From NCBI GenBank assembly GCA_963422735.1, contig OY730476.1:4704001-4768000 (forward strand): 64,000 nt of DNA. Reading direction: 5' to 3'. Origin of the DNA: Candidatus Latescibacterota bacterium. Lineage in GTDB: Bacteria > Latescibacterota > UBA2968 > UBA8231. Below, one piece after another: positions 59,314-64,000 of the stretch; position 1 is the first letter of the stretch, and every line of letters begins with the position of its first letter. Made by a program: the position numbers and the translations under genes. The notes beneath the pieces are model-generated. The model saw nothing but the letters and a program-made list of their open reading frames with translations. It did no database searches and was not told the origin of the DNA.

Positions 59314-61656
59314 CTAGTACGCCACGGAGATAAGCACTTGCGTTTTCTCGTCGCCCGCGTCGCCCGCGACGAGGACTTCGAGCACGTACAGGCCTGGGGC
59401 CACGCGCTCGCCGTGGCTGTCACGGCCATCCCAGACGAGCTTGCGCTGGCCGGCGAGGCTATCTTCGCTGCGATCGTACACCGGGCGGCCGGCAAGATCG
59501 TACAGGCGCAATCGCAAAGGGCGCGGCGCTAGTACATTGACCAGCGCGATCTTCAGCGTCAGTTCGTCGTTGATCCCGTCGCCATTGGGAGTAATCGCCT
59601 TGGACGAGAGGGACATATTGGCGAATAACTCCCGAGAGATTGGCAGGCTGACGATGTTGGTGCTGCTCTCGATTTGGTCGGTGGCATCGCCCGGGTCCAC
59701 GCGCTGGCGCACGCTCTCGTCTTGGCGGCTGTCCTGCAAAAAGACGTCGAAGAGCGTCGATTGCCGAAATACGGAAGATTCAAACTTCAGTTCGATGAGT
59801 TGGTCGGTGCGGACGCGGTTGGGCAGATGGACGAGGAAACCGCTTGCGGTGGTGTCTATCTGCGCGTCGAGTGCGGTGCCATTGTGCGAGATGCCCATAA
59901 AATGCACGGGCGCGGTTGATTCCACCGCGAGGCGGTCAAAGCCGATGACATTTTCAGACCGCAAGTAATAGGTAAACTCCGTCAGCATTCCCGGCAGGGC
60001 CTGCTGAGGCGAAATTTCTCCGAGTACGCGGTCGGCGAGGGGTTGAGTAAATTTGACAGCTAAGTGGCCAAGAGAAGCCGCCGCCGCGGGCGAATCCGAG
60101 ATCATGCGCACGTCAACTTCCATGTAGCGGCGCGGCGAGGGTGAAAGAAATGCCTCGCCCGAGAAGCTGTAGATGCGGCTCCACGCGCTCCAATCACCGC
60201 CCGCGGCGAGAGTCGTGTCGATAGGGCCTTTGAAGCTGGGGATGAGCTTGTTGTACCTCCGCTCGGAGACTTCCTTGCCGTTTTTGTCGCGGTACGTGTA
60301 CGTCTCGATAATCTCATTGCCGGTGCGGGTGCGGAGCTCGACGCGCGTACCGGGCGGCTCATCACCGCTCCACTCTATGGAGTTGAGATTTTTGCCTGTG
60401 CCTAAGTCGATCAGGGGTGAGCGGAAGCCGACCTCCGGCGGGAAACCCTCGCCGAAAATCTGGATCTCGTCGGTCGTCCCGCCCGCTCCGCAGCCCGGGA
60501 CTTTGTTGATGCCGCCCTCCTCGCCGAGCCGCTGGAAGGAATAGCAACTGGTATCCCAGAACTTCCACCAGATGCGCACGAAGCGCGTCGGCAGCAGGTC
60601 GAAGTGGTGATCGACTAGGCCGCGGGACCGCTGTTCGGGGTTAGCTTCACCGGAGAAATGCTTGGCCCATAGGCGGGTGCCGTCGGGCGAGAGCGAGCCA
60701 TCCGAGGTCATAAACTCGTAGAAGCGGAAGTCCCAGCGCCGCCGGGAGACATAGTGGTTGGTGGTGATGCCGCCGCCGAAACCCGAGCGCACGACCACGC
60801 CGCCGATGACGCGGACCTGGTCAACCCAGTAGACGGCGCCCAGATCGAGGATCATATGGGCGAGGATGTCGGTTGACCCGCGTGAGGCCGTGCCGGCGCG
60901 CCAGCGCTCGTAGAGGTCGCCATCGAAGAGGGCGCGGGCCTTGCCGAGCGGCTGCTGGTCGGTCTGGGAGAGGTTGATATTGACGTCGACGGCACCGCCG
61001 CGTTCGAGCAGGCCGAGGGCGATGTTGTCGCCGACGGCTTCGACCTCGACCTCGGCGAGGCGGGCACCGGGCACTACGAGGAGCGGTTCGAAGCGGATGA
61101 ATTGGATCGGCTCTTCGTCGATTTTTTCTATTTGGTACGTCACCTGATGGCGACTGTTTTCCTTGAAACGCTTCTTGACGCGATAGACGAGGGAACCTTC
61201 AATGGGCGCGGCAATAAAGTCGGTCTCCGGCTCGCCGGTCGAAAGCAAGAGGTCGAACAGCGCAAAGGGCGGAGCCTCCGCGTCGAAGACCAAAGTAACA
61301 CTGTGTGCCGAGACTGCACGGCCCAGGTCAATCTCGATAAACCAGTCTTCGGCCTCGGCCTCCGGATCGGGCGCCCAGCCGGTTGCGGGGTTGCCGTCAA
61401 TGACGAAGCGGGCAGCGGCGCGATTGGACCCTGCATTGCGGATGCCACCGCCGAATTGGTCCAAATCGCTCACAGCGTTAGTTCCCTTCTCGATCCGGGT
61501 TGGATGGATCGCGCCCTGCGGCGTCAATTCCACCGCGCCCAAGGGCAGATTCCATTGCCGCCAATCGCGCGCCGAGTCGTAGCGCAACTCATCGGCCGCT
61601 AGCGGATAGCTACTGCCCAAGACCAAGACGGCGACGAGGGCCATGCGAACATTCAT
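59314..61656 (-). CDS. Secreted discoidin-like protein with FlgD-Ig-like CTD (long type)
   Basis: IEIDLGR, LDLGAVYWV, DWSAWS..Y, SPSPRRYME, ITPNGDGIND...WDG...APGLY...SVAY*. Start uncertain (61656-61704). Confidence 0.75.
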   Translation of the reverse strand: MNVRMALVAVLVLGSSYPLAADELRYDSARDWRQWNLPLGAVELTPQGAIHPTRIEKGTNAVSDLDQFGGGIRNAGSNRAAARFVIDGNPATGWAPDPEAEAEDWFIEIDLGRAVSAHSVTLVFDAEAPPFALFDLLLSTGEPETDFIAAPIEGSLVYRVKKRFKENSRHQVTYQIEKIDEEPIQFIRFEPLLVVPGARLAEVEVEAVGDNIALGLLERGGAVDVNINLSQTDQQPLGKARALFDGDLYERWRAGTASRGSTDILAHMILDLGAVYWVDQVRVIGGVVVRSGFGGGITTNHYVSRRRWDFRFYEFMTSDGSLSPDGTRLWAKHFSGEANPEQRSRGLVDHHFDLLPTRFVRIWWKFWDTSCYSFQRLGEEGGINKVPGCGAGGTTDEIQIFGEGFPPEVGFRSPLIDLGTGKNLNSIEWSGDEPPGTRVELRTRTGNEIIETYTYRDKNGKEVSERRYNKLIPSFKGPIDTTLAAGGDWSAWSRIYSFSGEAFLSPSPRRYMEVDVRMISDSPAAAASLGHLAVKFTQPLADRVLGEISPQQALPGMLTEFTYYLRSENVIGFDRLAVESTAPVHFMGISHNGTALDAQIDTTASGFLVHLPNRVRTDQLIELKFESSVFRQSTLFDVFLQDSRQDESVRQRVDPGDATDQIESSTNIVSLPISRELFANMSLSSKAITPNGDGINDELTLKIALVNVLAPRPLRLRLYDLAGRPVYDRSEDSLAGQRKLVWDGRDSHGERVAPGLYVLEVLVAGDAGDEKTQVLISVAY

Positions 61657-61837
61657 AAAAGCCTTGCTTTCGCGCATGTATCGCAGAAAGTGTCCCATAT
61701 TCATATTGATAATTTAATGCTAAAGATACCCTCGGCGCGGAACAAGGCAAATGGGCTAGCCGCAGGCTGGAGCGGAACGTCCGCTCCGTTTATATCTTAA
61801 CTTTCCGAAAGCCCACATCAAGCCTTTGCTGGAGAAT

Positions 61838-62758
61838 ATGTCAATAATGATTGGTCGAATTGCACTCTGTGCGCTGATTGCCATGCCAGTCTGCGCTCAG
61901 CACGAGAAAGTCGAGTGGATCGTCAGCCTGCCTACGGGCTGGTCCACCACCATGGTCCTAGTGCCAGCCGGGTTTTTCCCCCGAGGCATGGAAGGGGAAG
62001 CCTTTGACGAACAGCCCGTGCGCGAGATTTACCTCGACGCGTATCTGATCGACAAATACGAAGTCACGGTGGCGCAATGGGGAGAGTACCAACGCGACAC
62101 GGGTGCGCTGATCCCGGAGTGGACCTTGCAGAATACGGCCGCGCGGCAAAATCACCCCATTACGCTGGTGACGTGGTACGATGCAGCGGCCTTCTGCCAG
62201 TGGGCCGGCAAGCGGTTGCCCACCGAAGCCGAGTGGGAACGCGCCGCTCGCTGCGACGACGGCCGCAAGTATCCTTGGGGCGACGGCCTCGATGCCTTTC
62301 GCGCCAATTACTTCCAAAGCGACGATCCGTTTGAGCGCGGCTTCGGGGCCATCCTCAGCACCAACCCGGTCGGCTTTTTCGATGGTTCCAATAGGGACGG
62401 CTACCAAACGCGAGACGGTGCTAGCCCCTTTGGAGCCTACGATATGGTGGGCAATGTCTTCGAGTGGACCAACGACTGGTACCATCCGGGCTACTACGCT
62501 CTCAGCCCAGACACCAATCCCCAAGGACCGGACGAGGGCGTCGTCAAAGCCGTGCGGGGCGGCTCGTACGCGATTGACGCCAGCCACGTGCGGCCCACGT
62601 ACCGAGCGCGGGACGCCCCGGACTTCAAAGGCCCGGACGTGGGGTTTCGCTGCGCCTCCAGCACCAGCTTGGGCACGGGCACAATGCTGCGCCGCCAGAC
62701 ATGGGGCGCGATAAAAAGCGTCCCGTTGGCTTGGCCCAAAGGGGGGGACGATGAATAA
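61838..62758 (+). CDS. Formylglycine-generating-enzyme (FGE-sulfatase/SUMF1) domain protein with TWGxIK tail
   Basis: IDKYEVT, FCQWAGKRLPTEAEWERAAR, YDMVGNVFEW, RGGS, GFRCA; ends RQTWGAIKSV... Confidence 0.9.
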   Translation: MSIMIGRIALCALIAMPVCAQHEKVEWIVSLPTGWSTTMVLVPAGFFPRGMEGEAFDEQPVREIYLDAYLIDKYEVTVAQWGEYQRDTGALIPEWTLQNTAARQNHPITLVTWYDAAAFCQWAGKRLPTEAEWERAARCDDGRKYPWGDGLDAFRANYFQSDDPFERGFGAILSTNPVGFFDGSNRDGYQTRDGASPFGAYDMVGNVFEWTNDWYHPGYYALSPDTNPQGPDEGVVKAVRGGSYAIDASHVRPTYRARDAPDFKGPDVGFRCASSTSLGTGTMLRRQTWGAIKSVPLAWPKGGDDE

Positions 62759-64000
62759 ACAGAGGCATCTAGTCGTTGCCGCGGTGCTGGCCTTGCTCGC
62801 CAGTGCCGCGAGCGCACCGGGGCAGGAAGGCGACTTGCGGCAACGCTTCGGCCTACAGCCGCTGCCCCCACTGCCCTATCCCGAGAACAACCCCTACAAC
62901 CCCGACCGCGTCGGCTTGGGTCGTCTGCTGTTCTTCGACCCCATCCTCAGCGGCGAGAAGGACACGGCCTGCGGCACCTGTCACCTGCCGACCTTTGGCA
63001 TGGCCGATGGCTTACCGCTCGCGGTGGGTGTCGGGGGCACGGGCTTGGGGCCGGATCGGGTGACGGGGCATTCGGCTATCACCGGTGACGAGGTGATTTC
63101 CGAGCCGCGGCACACCATGACCATCTTTAACGTCGGCTACAACGGCGACGAGTCCGGGCTGCCCTCGGCCAAGGGCTTCATGCTGTGGGACGGCAAGGAT
63201 CGCGGCTTGGAGGCCCAAGCGCTACGGCCGCTCATCGTGCGCGTGGAACTGCGCGGCGACGCCTATGAGCGCGAGATGGCCGTTGACAGCGTACTGACGC
63301 GGCTGCGGGGGATTCCCGAATACGTCGCCCTCTTTGAACAAGCCTTCCCGGCCGAAGCCGACTCCGTGGCCCGTCAGTTGCCGCGCCTCGGATGCGCGCA
63401 CGATCCGACGCCCTTGCAGTCGGTCATTACGCGCTCGACTTTTGGCCGGGCTATCGCTGCGTTTGAGCGCGAGCAGAACGTGGTCAACACCGCGTACGAT
63501 CGCTACGTGGCCGGCGACGACGAGGCCCTGACGCTGGCGCAGAAGCGCGGGCTTGAACTCTTCCACACCAAGGCGCGCTGCGTCACCTGCCACAGCGGCC
63601 CGCTGTTTACGGATTCGACCTTCCGCGCCCAAGGCGTTGAGCAGATCGGGCCGGGTCGATCGTCGGCTACGACCAATAGGGGCACCCCGCGTCCCACAGG
63701 CCGGGACGAGGGGCGCTTTCTCAACTCGGGCAACCGCAGCGACATCGGTGCTTTCCGCGTCGTCGGACTGCGCCAGATCGCGCAGACAGCTCCCTATATG
63801 CACGACGGTGCCCTTGCGACGCTGGAGGATGTCATCGAGTTCTACAACCGCGGCGGTGGCGACGAAGCCTCCATCCCCGCCGAGAACATCGATCCCGAAC
63901 TGGTGCCGCTGGGCTTGAGCGCCGAGGAGAAGCAAGACCTGTTGGCCTTCATGCACGCCCTGACCGATTCGACGATAGCGGTTCACGTGCCAGCGCGAGT
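62751..64000 (+). CDS. Di-heme cytochrome c peroxidase/MauG family protein (3'-partial; absent from ORF track)
   Basis: MNKQRHLVVAAVLA...LGRLLFFDPILSG...CGTCH...WDG...CVTCH...APYMHDG...LEDVIEFYNRGG. Confidence 0.9.
   Translation, partial: MNKQRHLVVAAVLALLASAASAPGQEGDLRQRFGLQPLPPLPYPENNPYNPDRVGLGRLLFFDPILSGEKDTACGTCHLPTFGMADGLPLAVGVGGTGLGPDRVTGHSAITGDEVISEPRHTMTIFNVGYNGDESGLPSAKGFMLWDGKDRGLEAQALRPLIVRVELRGDAYEREMAVDSVLTRLRGIPEYVALFEQAFPAEADSVARQLPRLGCAHDPTPLQSVITRSTFGRAIAAFEREQNVVNTAYDRYVAGDDEALTLAQKRGLELFHTKARCVTCHSGPLFTDSTFRAQGVEQIGPGRSSATTNRGTPRPTGRDEGRFLNSGNRSDIGAFRVVGLRQIAQTAPYMHDGALATLEDVIEFYNRGGGDEASIPAENIDPELVPLGLSAEEKQDLLAFMHALTDSTIAVHVPAR

Noticed and set aside
23071-61704. Flagellar hook-cap (flgD) genes
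   Set aside because: Only the C-terminal Ig-like domain is similar; the proteins have signal peptides and no flagellar genes are present
63222-63986. 254-aa minus-strand ORF
   Set aside because: Antisense shadow of the di-heme peroxidase gene, which has clear CXXCH motifs

Overview
High-GC bacterial window of about 45 genes, most on the minus strand. No rRNA, tRNA, CRISPR array, transposase or integrase was recognised. Gene content (FG-GAP/ASPIC-UnbV proteins, PhyH dioxygenase, FGE-sulfatase and di-heme peroxidase, C-terminal (S/T)WGx(V/I)K tails) resembles Latescibacterota/Poribacteria-like organisms; this is inference only. The main feature is two paralogous, differently ordered copies of an uncharacterised envelope locus (about 16.2-31.6 kb and 37.8-61.7 kb). 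Each encodes 3-4 large secreted discoidin-like proteins ending in a 'PNGDG.ND...W(D/N)G...PG.Y...VAY' C-terminal domain, a conserved ~875-aa acidic putative outer-membrane protein, a CBM9/DOMON-like protein, a conserved lipoprotein, a SurA/PpiC-like chaperone and a DUF6785-type membrane protein. The second copy also has a 1531-aa degenerate M28-peptidase/FtsX fusion and an OPT-like transporter. Second highlight: an FG-GAP/ASPIC-UnbV gene split by one in-frame TGA that is followed by a perfect SECIS-like hairpin, a candidate selenoprotein. Also present: small inserted cassettes (three toxin-antitoxin loci, two of them decayed, an aspartyl protease and DUF2939), two of which are flanked by duplicated host-gene ends, plus a MITE-like structured element and heptamer repeats. 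All family calls come from motif recognition by eye, not database searches.
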